Below, one piece after another: positions 1 through 7,593 of a stretch of DNA of 8,975 nt. Both the position numbers and the translations under genes were made by a program. Where the stretch lies: the sequence record CP031559.1; one strand, written 5' to 3'. A model generated the notes under the pieces. That model searched no databases. It was not told the origin of the DNA and was given only the letters and a program-made list of their open reading frames with translations. Numbering within the stretch: position 1 is the first letter of the stretch; every line of letters starts with the position of its first letter. This DNA comes from a plasmid.

Positions 1-796
1 TTGTGTAAGAATTTGAGCGTTCTCTTTGGTTCTCTCGCTGTCTAGCTTCGCTAAGTTGGTTTCTAATGTCTTTAATAGTTTTAAATGTTTCATGATAGTA
101 AAATCCTTTCAATCGTTTGGCTTTAGGTTCGTTGGGTAGCTTGACACTAATATAATCCTTGCCTTGTCTAGTAACTTCACACTGATTATCTTTTAAAAAA
201 TTGATGATGTCAGCTCGGCTGTTAAATAGCGTTCCTAAGTTGTCTTGTATGAGCTTGTCTAGTTTTTCATAGGTTGCTAAAAGTTCTTTATTTTGGGGGT
301 TTTTAGTTTGGTGTTGTTGTATGTTGTGCTGTTTTTCTAGGTCTTTGGGGTTTGTAAAATTGTGTTTTAAGTTGATACAATCTTTCCATAGGTCAATGCG
401 TGTAATGTCCGCACTATGATAGTAAGGAGTAAAGGCTTTTTGAATTATCAAGTCAATTCTAGGTATAACAAAGTTTAACTCCAAACGCCCCTTTTCTGTG
501 TGTTCTACCCATAAAATGTTATAACGCCCTTGCATTTCTTGTGTGAGTAAAGCATTTTCAAAGCTTTCCATAAGCTCGTATTTTAGGCTCTCATTAATAT
601 TTGACTCTTCAAAGGATAAGAACCCTACACATGCCTTGTGTTTTTGAGTGAGAGAGAGTAAAAGGCTTTTAGTTAGATTAGCATCGCCCCTTAAAACTTT
701 AGCTGTGCCTTGTTCTACTCTTTCATTAAGCAAGTAATTAACACTCCCATCACCATCGCCTCCCCCTTGCTTAATCCCCCAAAATTTAACTAACAT
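1..796 (-). CDS. mobA: Relaxase MobA/MbeA (ColE1 MOB family), 5' part; ORF runs off the window start and appears to continue at the window end if the molecule is circular
   Basis: Manual translation of the minus strand from ATG at 796 gives MLVKFWGIKQGGGDGDGSVNYLLNERVEQGTAKVLRGD...HTEKGRLELNFVIPRID.... The N-terminus closely parallels ColE1 MbeA (MIVKFH..GGGSG..VDYLL...). It overlaps the end of the upstream mobC-like ORF by ~10 nt, as in mbeC-mbeA. No stop codon is reached before position 1. Confidence 0.8.
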   Translation of the reverse strand, partial: MLVKFWGIKQGGGDGDGSVNYLLNERVEQGTAKVLRGDANLTKSLLLSLTQKHKACVGFLSFEESNINESLKYELMESFENALLTQEMQGRYNILWVEHTEKGRLELNFVIPRIDLIIQKAFTPYYHSADITRIDLWKDCINLKHNFTNPKDLEKQHNIQQHQTKNPQNKELLATYEKLDKLIQDNLGTLFNSRADIINFLKDNQCEVTRQGKDYISVKLPNEPKAKRLKGFYYHETFKTIKDIRNQLSEARQRENQRERSNSYT

Positions 797-1127
797 ACTT
801 AACTCTTAGTTGTTCTAATTGATTGCTAATCTCTATTAGTTGCTCTAAACCTAATCTATCCCATGCCCCTTTATTAGTGCTGAGATTTTTAGCGATTTGA
901 TTCAAATTGTTTCCCCACTTAGCTAATTCAATGATTAGCTCTTTATTAGCGATAGCTTTTTGCTTTTTAGATTTCACATGAGCTTGTGAGTTTTGAATTA
1001 AAAGAGAGTTCAAAACTAATTGCGAGAAGTTTAGATTTTTTTCTTGCATTTGAGTTTGAATAGTTTGCCATTGCTCTTTAGATAATCTAAGACTTTTAAT
1101 AACTTGTTTGTTTGTTTGAATACTCAC
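786..1127 (-). CDS. mobC: Relaxosome accessory protein MobC/MbeC-like (113 aa), GTG start with AAGGAA SD
   Basis: Small ORF immediately upstream of and overlapping the relaxase gene. Helical, charged ~110-aa product typical of MbeC-type accessory proteins. Start is GTG at 1127 preceded by AAGGAAATAA. Confidence 0.6.
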   Translation of the reverse strand: MSIQTNKQVIKSLRLSKEQWQTIQTQMQEKNLNFSQLVLNSLLIQNSQAHVKSKKQKAIANKELIIELAKWGNNLNQIAKNLSTNKGAWDRLGLEQLIEISNQLEQLRVKYVS

Positions 1128-1140
1128 TTATTTCCTTATT

Positions 1141-1222
1141 TTGATTTATGGGGGGGGTCAAGGGGGATTTGCCCCATTGCGAGCTATTTTGTAATACAAA
1201 ATATATGCTCGCCCCATTTAGT
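1141..1222. promoter_or_regulatory. Candidate oriT / mob promoter-operator region: G8 tract, ATGGGG...CCCCAT inverted repeat, direct repeats GCCCCATT, and nested palindrome GCGAGC-TATTTTGTA-a-TACAAAATA-tat-GCTCGC
   Basis: Seen directly. G8 at 1150-1157. GCGAGC (1179-1184) and GCTCGC (1207-1212) flank a 9+1+9 perfect palindrome. GCCCCATT at 1171-1178 and 1211-1218. The location between divergent mobC/mobA and the TA operon is where ColE1-type plasmids carry oriT. Confidence 0.4.
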
Positions 1223-1250
1223 TGTAGTTTAGCATAGACTGATTAGAGTT

Positions 1251-1294
1251 TAGATATAATGAGCTTATAATGTTGTTTGATATAAGGAGCTACA
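1251..1294 (+). promoter_or_regulatory. Promoter/RBS of the TA operon: two TATAAT hexamers (1255-1260, 1266-1271) and AAGGAG SD (1284-1289) before ATG 1295
   Basis: Consensus -10 hexamers and SD read directly in the sequence. Confidence 0.45.
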
Positions 1295-1576
1295 ATGTTA
1301 AAAGATGTAGAAATAGGAGTTAAATTTTATAAAGAATTTGGAAAATTAGAAAAACAATTAGTTAAATATCAAAGTAAGGTTTTAGAAATTAAAAAACAAA
1401 TGAAGGAGATTAAAAAGCAATATTCTCAAGCTAAGAAAGATGAGAATTTATCTAATAAATATACTCCTAATGATGAGCTAAAACAAGATTTATTAGATAT
1501 TGATAATCCTAATACGACTGAAAACTTTAAACCTAAAAATGCTAGTGAAATTTGGCAATATGCTCTTAATTCTTAG
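1295..1576 (+). CDS. Putative antitoxin (93 aa) of the YafQ/RelE-type toxin immediately downstream
   Basis: ORF with AAGGAG SD. Its stop lies 8 nt before the toxin start, which has its own AGGAG SD, giving a classic bicistronic TA arrangement. The product is Lys-rich and helical. Assignment is by position only. Confidence 0.55.
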   Translation: MLKDVEIGVKFYKEFGKLEKQLVKYQSKVLEIKKQMKEIKKQYSQAKKDENLSNKYTPNDELKQDLLDIDNPNTTENFKPKNASEIWQYALNS

Positions 1577-1584
1577 GAGCTTAA

Positions 1585-1854
1585 ATGTTAGAAATTGAGT
1601 TAAAAAAGAAATTCACTAAGGATTTAAAAAAGCATATTTTAAATCAAAAAATTGAGTTAGAAGTGTTTGACTTAGTGGTTGAAAATTTAAGAAATCAAAT
1701 TCCATTGGATAAAAGATTTAAAGACCACTCTTTAAGTGGAACATACAAAGACTGTAGAGAGTGCCACATTAAGCCTGATGTTTTGCTTGTGTATAGAGTG
1801 AAAGATAATGTTTTAACTTTGGTTAGGCTTGGAAGTCATAGTGAGTTGTTTTAG
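1585..1854 (+). CDS. YafQ/RelE-family mRNA interferase toxin (89 aa), H. pylori HP0894/HP0892-like
   Basis: The C-terminal half ...KDHSLSGTYKDCRECHIKPDVLLVYRVKDNVLTLVRLGSHSELF has the conserved YafQ-type His residues and terminal ...GSHSELF. It is strongly reminiscent of H. pylori HP0894-type toxins. Confidence 0.85.
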   Translation: MLEIELKKKFTKDLKKHILNQKIELEVFDLVVENLRNQIPLDKRFKDHSLSGTYKDCRECHIKPDVLLVYRVKDNVLTLVRLGSHSELF

Positions 1855-2215
1855 ACAAATTTCTTCCTAAAATCGCCTAGAATGAATTTTCAACTCTAAT
1901 TCAACCTAATCATCAGTTTTTGAATGAAACGATAAAATAAGGCTATTTTTAGCTCATTATTGGGGTATTTTGTTTTTAGTTGAAAGCTAACTTCAAAATT
2001 CAAAACAACTCCATTTCCCTTTTAGTTGCTCACCGATAGCCAATCTTACTAGTTTAGGATCTAAAAGCGCATCTAACTAGGGCTATCAATCTAACCCCCC
2101 TACAAAACCGTCTAGCGAAGCGTAAGCGAGCATTCAAGCGGTTTTGCACCGAGCATGTAAATCAAAAATCCCCTAAAACTAAAATTCCAAAATATGTAGC
2201 GCGTCATGCGCGTTG

Positions 2216-2276
2216 TTTTTTTACATGTTTTAAACAGCATGCTGTTTTTACATGTTTTACCATGCGCGCGCATGTG
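2216..2276. repeat. Direct repeat GTTTTTACATGTTTTA (x2) flanking AGCATGCT, followed by the perfect 14-bp GC-rich palindrome CATGCGCGCGCATG
   Basis: Seen directly at 2216-2260 (repeats) and 2263-2276 (palindrome). Lies in a non-coding stretch upstream of the iterons. Probable replication/partition control repeats. Confidence 0.4.
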
Positions 2277-2349
2277 AGGGATTTGGGGTTGCAACACCCT
2301 AAATAACGAAGCTGTATGGTTTCTCATTTTTGGGGTTAAAATGAATAAA

Positions 2350-2447
2350 ACAGAACTTCTTACGAGTGATAACAGAACTTCTTACGAGTGATAACAGAAC
2401 TTCTTACGAGTGATAACAGAACTTCTTACGAGTGATAACAGAACTTA
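2350..2447 (+). repeat. Iterons: 4 complete + 1 partial tandem copies of the 22-bp unit ACAGAACTTCTTACGAGTGATA, followed by an AT-rich (DUE-like) stretch; replication origin
   Basis: Perfect 22-bp periodicity starting at 2351, 2373, 2395, 2417 and 2439 (partial). No spacers, so not CRISPR. Located ~330 bp upstream of repA, as for iteron-regulated theta replicons. Confidence 0.9.
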
Positions 2448-2610
2448 TTTATTTTAAAGTTATGATTATTAACAATTTTTAGCTATAATAACAACCTAAG
2501 GCGGTATAACATGGTTGCTAATCCTAGTGTTAACAAATTTGGAGAAATTAGCTTTAAAAGCTAGTGGGTTGGGAGTTTGTAGTGGGTGGCACTCTGTTAG
2601 GAGGCACACC

Positions 2611-2670
2611 ATGAAAGCATTTTTGATAGTAGTGATTTTAGTGGTAATCTTAACACAGCCACTATATTAA
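2611..2670 (+). CDS. 19-codon micro-ORF encoding MKAFLIVVILVVILTQPLY with AGGAGG SD 6 nt upstream; Ibs-like hydrophobic peptide or rep leader peptide
   Basis: ATG at 2611, TAA at 2668-2670, AGGAGG at 2599-2604. The product is an almost purely hydrophobic putative single TM helix ending in Tyr. Not in the ORF track because it is too short. Confidence 0.4.
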   Translation: MKAFLIVVILVVILTQPLY

Positions 2671-2687
2671 AACCTTAGCGTTTTAAT

Positions 2688-2722
2688 AACCCTTATAAGT
2701 CCGGCAAGACTTCTTAAGGGTT
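2688..2722 (+). other. Stem-loop AACCCTTA...(19 nt)...TAAGGGTT downstream of the micro-ORF; possible terminator/structure in the repA leader
   Basis: 8-bp inverted repeat seen directly, followed by TTT. Weak U-tract, so a terminator function is uncertain. Confidence 0.25.
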
Positions 2723-2781
2723 TCACTCCTGTTATTATATCGTCTTTTGAAAAATAAGCATTAAAAGGCGGTTAAATTCCC

Positions 2782-4401
2782 ATGAATACGAATTTTGATC
2801 AACTTAGAAAACAAGAATTGGAATTACGAAAATTATTAGAAGAATTAGATACATTCCCACAAACCCCACAAATTAAACTGCAAAAACAAAAAATACAAAC
2901 TTACATAGACAAGATAACACCAAGTATTTTGAGCGGTTTTAATCAAAAATTCAAAGAAATTACAGAAAATTCACATGAGTTTAAAAAAGAAAAACCCACA
3001 CCCAACAAAGCACCACAAACCACCCCCACACCATGCAAGGATTTAGTGGTTAGCACCCACAAAAATAACGCCTATACCACCTACCACAATAACGCTAATA
3101 AGGTTAATCTAGGGAAATTGAGCGAAAGGGAAGCCAATCTTTTATTCGCTATTTTTCAAAAACTCAAAGATCAAGGGAATACCCTCATTCGTTTTGAACC
3201 GCAAGATTTGAAACAAATGATCATGGTCAAATCCAACCTGACCAACAGACAATTATTGCAAATCCTCAAAAACTTGCTTGACAACATAGGCGGTGCTAAT
3301 TTTTGGATCATTAGAGAGCATGTTGAAAATGGCGAAATCTATGAAGATCACACTAGCTACATGCTTTTCAAACAATTTGAAATCCGTATCCATAAGCCAA
3401 CCCAAACTATAGAATACTTAGATGTCCAACTCAATGATAGCTATCAATACTTGCTCAACAATCTAGGAATGGGCGGTCAATACACTTCTTTCAAACTTTT
3501 AGAATTCCAAAGAGTGAGAGGCAAATACGCTAAAACGCTCTATCGCTTGCTCAAGCAATACAAAAGCACAGGGATTTTGAGCGTGGAATGGGGTCAATTC
3601 AGGGAGCTTTTAGACATTCCAAAAGATTACAAAATGGAAAACATCGATCAAAAAGTCTTAACTCCAAGCCTCAAAGAACTCAGAAAAATCTATCCTTTTG
3701 AACACTTGAGCTACAAAAAAGAACGCCGAAGCCACGACAAGCGTAAGGTAACCCACATTGATTTTTATTTTGAGCAATTGCCACAGGGTGAAACCAAGCA
3801 ACAAAAACAAGCCAATAAGCAACGCGCTAAAAGGGATATTAAGCTTGTGGCATGGGATATTCACAACCAAATCGCTAAAAGAAACGCCAAAGCCACTATG
3901 GAAGCTAGGTTGCTTGAACTCAAAACCTTGATTGGCTATCAGTTCAGGCACAACAATGGGACTATTTTACAGGTTGATGACGCTACTTTTGAAAAGAATC
4001 AAATGTTTTTGCATGTTTCAACCAACAAAAAAAATTCTCAAAAATTGCTTGTATCAAGCAAGGCATTCGCTTTAGAACTTCTGTTTGTTAGTGGATACAG
4101 CCTGAAAAAAGACAGCTTGATAGAAGAAATTGATCCCCCTAAAATCCACCCTATCACCAACGAACCAATTAAGGAATTTGCAGAATACATCGGCAAAACG
4201 ATCCACATCACTAATTTCAATGTGGACAAATGCCCTGAGGGGATCAACAACTACCTGAAAATCACTAGGATTGTGAAACTGAACGACAATCGGATCTGTA
4301 TCTCAATCCAAGATGTGGACAAGCCTGACAAACTATTGAAGCCTTTCATCGCTAAAGATGAAAAACATTTGAAGAATTGGTTCAAGAAACACTACCACTG
4401 A
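2782..4401 (+). CDS. repA: Plasmid replication initiator RepA (539 aa), iteron-binding theta-replication type as on H. pylori cryptic plasmids
   Basis: Largest plus-strand ORF. It directly follows the iteron array and AT-rich region. Antisense ORFs inside it (3658..3951, 4038..4250) are compositional artefacts. Confidence 0.75.
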   Translation: MNTNFDQLRKQELELRKLLEELDTFPQTPQIKLQKQKIQTYIDKITPSILSGFNQKFKEITENSHEFKKEKPTPNKAPQTTPTPCKDLVVSTHKNNAYTTYHNNANKVNLGKLSEREANLLFAIFQKLKDQGNTLIRFEPQDLKQMIMVKSNLTNRQLLQILKNLLDNIGGANFWIIREHVENGEIYEDHTSYMLFKQFEIRIHKPTQTIEYLDVQLNDSYQYLLNNLGMGGQYTSFKLLEFQRVRGKYAKTLYRLLKQYKSTGILSVEWGQFRELLDIPKDYKMENIDQKVLTPSLKELRKIYPFEHLSYKKERRSHDKRKVTHIDFYFEQLPQGETKQQKQANKQRAKRDIKLVAWDIHNQIAKRNAKATMEARLLELKTLIGYQFRHNNGTILQVDDATFEKNQMFLHVSTNKKNSQKLLVSSKAFALELLFVSGYSLKKDSLIEEIDPPKIHPITNEPIKEFAEYIGKTIHITNFNVDKCPEGINNYLKITRIVKLNDNRICISIQDVDKPDKLLKPFIAKDEKHLKNWFKKHYH

Positions 4402-4434
4402 AAACACAAAACAGGCTAACCTGAAAGGACATGC

Positions 4435-5154
4435 ATGCCAACTAATGATTTATCTAAACTCATAGAAAAACTAAATCATGAAAAAAAGAATGCTATTAAA
4501 AATGGCATTTACCACTTAATCCAAATTAAATTTTCTTATAATTCTAATCGCATTGAGGGAAGCAGTTTGACCTACGAACAAACCGCTCATATTTTTGATA
4601 AATCCGCTCTTATAACTGAAAAAAACGAAAATATTAGACTTGATGATATTTTTGAAACCATCAATCATTTTGAATGCGTGAATTACTTGCTTGAAAGCTA
4701 TAAAGAACCTTTGAGTTTAGAATACTTTAAGACTTTACACAAAATCTTAAAAAATAATTGCTCTGATGAAGTTATTGGTGATTTTAAAAAACACCCTAAT
4801 TTTGTAGGTGATAGCGCCACAACAAGACCCCAATTAGTTGGAAGCGAATTAACAAATCTTTTGCAACGCTACCACAGCCTAACTGCAACAAGTTTGGAAA
4901 ACATCATAGATTTTCATGTGGCTTTTGAAAAGATACACCCTTTTAGCGATGGCAATGGTAGAGTGGGGCGATTAGTCATGTTTAAAGAGTGTTTGAAAAA
5001 CAATATCATACCCTTTATCATAGAAAACGAACACAAAGCTTTTTACTATAGGGGTATTAGAGAATATCACAAGACAAAAGGTTATTTGAAAGATACCATT
5101 TTGCAAAGTCAAGATAATTTCAATGAAATGGTTAGCTATTTCTTTTCTAAGTGA
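4435..5154 (+). CDS. fic: Fic/Doc-family protein (239 aa), class II (intramolecular inhibitory helix), putative AMPylating toxin/effector
   Basis: Canonical Fic motif HPFSDGNGRVGR (HPFx[D/E]GNGRxxR) in the C-terminal half. N-terminal SNRIEG matches the inhibitory [S/T]xxxE[G/N] motif. AAGGA SD before the ATG, 33 nt after the repA stop. Confidence 0.9.
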   Translation: MPTNDLSKLIEKLNHEKKNAIKNGIYHLIQIKFSYNSNRIEGSSLTYEQTAHIFDKSALITEKNENIRLDDIFETINHFECVNYLLESYKEPLSLEYFKTLHKILKNNCSDEVIGDFKKHPNFVGDSATTRPQLVGSELTNLLQRYHSLTATSLENIIDFHVAFEKIHPFSDGNGRVGRLVMFKECLKNNIIPFIIENEHKAFYYRGIREYHKTKGYLKDTILQSQDNFNEMVSYFFSK

Positions 5155-5281
5155 AACCGCTTGTTTTTGCTTGTGTGCTTTTGTTTTTTGCGTTTTTAGT
5201 TGTAGGTGGTATCAATAGTCGTTTTTTTGCTTTGCGTTGGTTGAAAGTAATTTTAGATAGCAAATCGTGGGATTGAATATA

Positions 5282-6445
5282 TTAAATTTTTACTTTGCAT
5301 AGGAATACACATGTCAAAATAAGCGTGACTATAAAATGTACAGCGATAACTATAGTCGGAGAAAAAATAAGTAGCTCCAAACTTGTTATGCCTAAAATAA
5401 TAACAGAAATTACTCGTGAGACACTAGATTTTAGAGAAGTAAGGGATGAGATTTTCTCTTTGCTGACATAAAGAGAAAATTGATAACTTACAATAAAATC
5501 TATGTATGTAAACAAGGCAACACTGATCATATAGGCACTAACAAATAGCAATATGTCCATACTTAGCAATAGTGCACTAGCAAGTCCAGTTAAAAAGATC
5601 ATGGTAATAGTCATATATCGGTTATACGAGTTGGCGTTACAAAAATGAACGAGAATTCCTATAATTTGAAATGATATATAAAATATAAACAAGTAGTTTT
5701 CTGTAATCTGTTTGTCTAGAAAGTAGGCTTGCCATAATTGAAAATGACTTTGAAAAAAGATTTGCAAAATTAAACTGAGTAGAATTAGATTTTTAAGAAG
5801 TGTTTTATCTTTTAGCTCTCTAAAACTTTCCCTTACATGTTGTTTTAATATCTGCAACTGTCGCTTTTTTTCTAGTTTATGAGAAGAATCGTCTTTAAAA
5901 AATAAAATAATGACCGAGATACACAGTAATGTAAACAAGACTGATATGTAGTACATGGAGACACCATATTTTAAATACAAGAATGAGCCTGAGCAACTTC
6001 CAATTATCAACCCTATAAAACTGATTTGGCGACTTTTAGCAATGAATGGTGATAAATCTTCTTTTTGGTCTTTGATGTTAGTAATGAGAGTGGCATCAAT
6101 GGTACCTGAGTCTAGAGCGTTTGATAACCCATAAATGCTCCATGCTAGAACCATACTAACAAAGCTGTCTAACCATAGAACACAAAAAAAACTGCATACT
6201 AAAACTAATTTTGAAACAATAAAAAGCATCTTTCTATTTATTAAATCTGCTAACACACCACTCGGATATTCTGAGAGTAAAACACACAAACTGTAGGTGG
6301 CTTGTATGATCATAATTTGACTTAATGATAATCCTTTATTGAGCAATAATGGTGTTAAAATGGCGTGTGGCAAAGACTGAGCAATGACAAGTAGCATCGT
6401 TGCACAGTAATAAGAGAGTATATTTACTTTTAGTGCTTTGTTCAT
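5282..6445 (-). CDS. mccC: MFS-family efflux transporter, MccC-like (387 aa); export/self-immunity pump for microcin C-like compound
   Basis: Highly hydrophobic with ~12 predicted TM segments. Immediately downstream of (11 nt after) the MccB-like gene on the same strand. Confidence 0.75.
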   Translation of the reverse strand: MNKALKVNILSYYCATMLLVIAQSLPHAILTPLLLNKGLSLSQIMIIQATYSLCVLLSEYPSGVLADLINRKMLFIVSKLVLVCSFFCVLWLDSFVSMVLAWSIYGLSNALDSGTIDATLITNIKDQKEDLSPFIAKSRQISFIGLIIGSCSGSFLYLKYGVSMYYISVLFTLLCISVIILFFKDDSSHKLEKKRQLQILKQHVRESFRELKDKTLLKNLILLSLILQIFFQSHFQLWQAYFLDKQITENYLFIFYISFQIIGILVHFCNANSYNRYMTITMIFLTGLASALLLSMDILLFVSAYMISVALFTYIDFIVSYQFSLYVSKEKISSLTSLKSSVSRVISVIILGITSLELLIFSPTIVIAVHFIVTLILTCVFLCKVKI

Positions 6446-6456
6446 ATTAAGAAACT

Positions 6457-7509
6457 CTATAAATTATGATTAGAGCAAAATACACATTTATAATCTACAC
6501 TAGATGGCAAAGTGTATGTTTTGAAAGTTTTGTTGTCAACTCCGAATCGGCAGTTCAGGGATTTTATGGAGTTAAAATCATCAGACATAAATTGTATAAT
6601 ATCTGAAATTGCTAGGCTAGAAGCGATAGAGTTATTTAAAAAACTTGATGGTGCCTGCATGCGGTCATTTATAAGACATATGTCCAGATTTTTATCACTG
6701 TCTTTTTTATCATCTAGAGCAAAACTATTATGGCAAAAAGGACAACAAGACAATGAAGGGATATAAAAAGGACCGATAAGAGATATGTCATTTAAATAGC
6801 CAATATTTAAAAATGGAATGAGACACTTACAAAAAAATCTCGTTGCCAATTGTACTGTGTTTGGATTATCTCCAGAAACAATTCCAAACAAATTTTCTTT
6901 TTTATGTTTAGAAAAAATTTCTTCAAGATTGTATTCACTGGCAAAATCATCTACTATCTCAATATTGATGTCAAATCTACTAGAAAGAGCCTGCTTTATG
7001 GTAGATGTTTTATATTGTGAAATGTAATTCTTGTCAAACAAGAACTGGCGGTTAAGATTGCTGGGATCAACGGTATCCTTATCTAACAATATTAGTTTTT
7101 TTGGATAAAAACTTGCTAGAGCATAGCTTACAAAATTTCCAATACCCCCACAACCAATAATGATGAAAATAGTTCTTTTAAAATTATTTATTGTTAATTC
7201 TGGTTTATTTGACATTAAATCGATAAACAGGTGGTTCTTAAAGTTTTGTTTGTCATTTGGATTTAGTATGAATGAGGTAATAAGTTTATTAGCAACTAGC
7301 TTATCAAAAATATCATGTTCTATTTTGTTAGCTTCCATAAAACTTTTTATCTCATTCATTCTTTTCTTCATTCTCAGAAAAACCAATAATCTCAGTGATT
7401 TTTCAAATTCATTATGATCAACGCAATACTGATATGTTCCAAGACCAATAATATTTTCTGTATCTGTTTGACCAACACATGCACTAAAACTAGTTTGATA
7501 ACACTGCAT
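6457..7509 (-). CDS. mccB: MccB-like ThiF/E1-type peptide C-terminal adenylyltransferase (350 aa)
   Basis: Rossmann motif IIIGCGGIGNF, followed by LLDKDTVDPSNLNRQ (the ThiF/MoeB/E1 signature). Two CxxC pairs (CCPFC..., ...CVFC) as in the MccB Zn site. Length is identical to E. coli MccB (350 aa). Preceded by a 7-codon Asn-terminal peptide gene. Confidence 0.85.
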   Translation of the reverse strand: MQCYQTSFSACVGQTDTENIIGLGTYQYCVDHNEFEKSLRLLVFLRMKKRMNEIKSFMEANKIEHDIFDKLVANKLITSFILNPNDKQNFKNHLFIDLMSNKPELTINNFKRTIFIIIGCGGIGNFVSYALASFYPKKLILLDKDTVDPSNLNRQFLFDKNYISQYKTSTIKQALSSRFDINIEIVDDFASEYNLEEIFSKHKKENLFGIVSGDNPNTVQLATRFFCKCLIPFLNIGYLNDISLIGPFYIPSLSCCPFCHNSFALDDKKDSDKNLDICLINDRMQAPSSFLNNSIASSLAISDIIQFMSDDFNSIKSLNCRFGVDNKTFKTYTLPSSVDYKCVFCSNHNL

Positions 7510-7562
7510 AAATAACCTTTCCTGAATAACTAACTCTACTCCGATAAAACTTTGAGCAATTA

Positions 7563-7579
7563 CACTCTAAAATAGAGTG
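7563..7579 (-). terminator. Hairpin CACTCTA-TTT-TAGAGTG in the mccA-mccB intergenic region; candidate partial terminator/attenuator
   Basis: 7-bp perfect stem with 3-nt loop seen directly. The downstream U-tract is weak (TAATTGC...). Resembles the read-through terminator between mccA and mccB in E. coli. Confidence 0.3.
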
Positions 7580-7593
7580 CAAAATTTTTCAAT

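Noticed and set aside
46-2120. Shared 9-mer TAGCGAAGC (2112-2120) / GCTTCGCTA (46-54)
   Set aside because: Too short to distinguish from chance.
2112-2327. 71-aa minus-strand ORF in the repeat/palindrome region
   Set aside because: Overlaps structured non-coding repeats. Basic low-complexity product, no SD. Likely spurious.
2341-2391. 16-codon ORF (MNKTELLTSDNRTSYE) reading into the iterons
   Set aside because: Iterons are DNA-level elements. Weak RBS. Coincidental frame.
2350-2447. Possible CRISPR array (22-bp repeats)
   Set aside because: Repeats are directly tandem with no spacers. Iterons.
3658-4250. Minus-strand ORFs 3658..3951 and 4038..4250 inside repA
   Set aside because: Antisense to a long well-supported CDS. 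Hydrophobic low-complexity products typical of antisense frames of A-rich coding DNA.
5155-5281. T-rich spacer between convergent fic and mccC as bidirectional intrinsic terminator
   Set aside because: No convincing GC-rich hairpin found by eye. Left unannotated.
6512-7417. Plus-strand ORFs 6512..6766, 6818..7027, 7160..7417 inside mccB
   Set aside because: Antisense to mccB. No RBS. Composition-driven.
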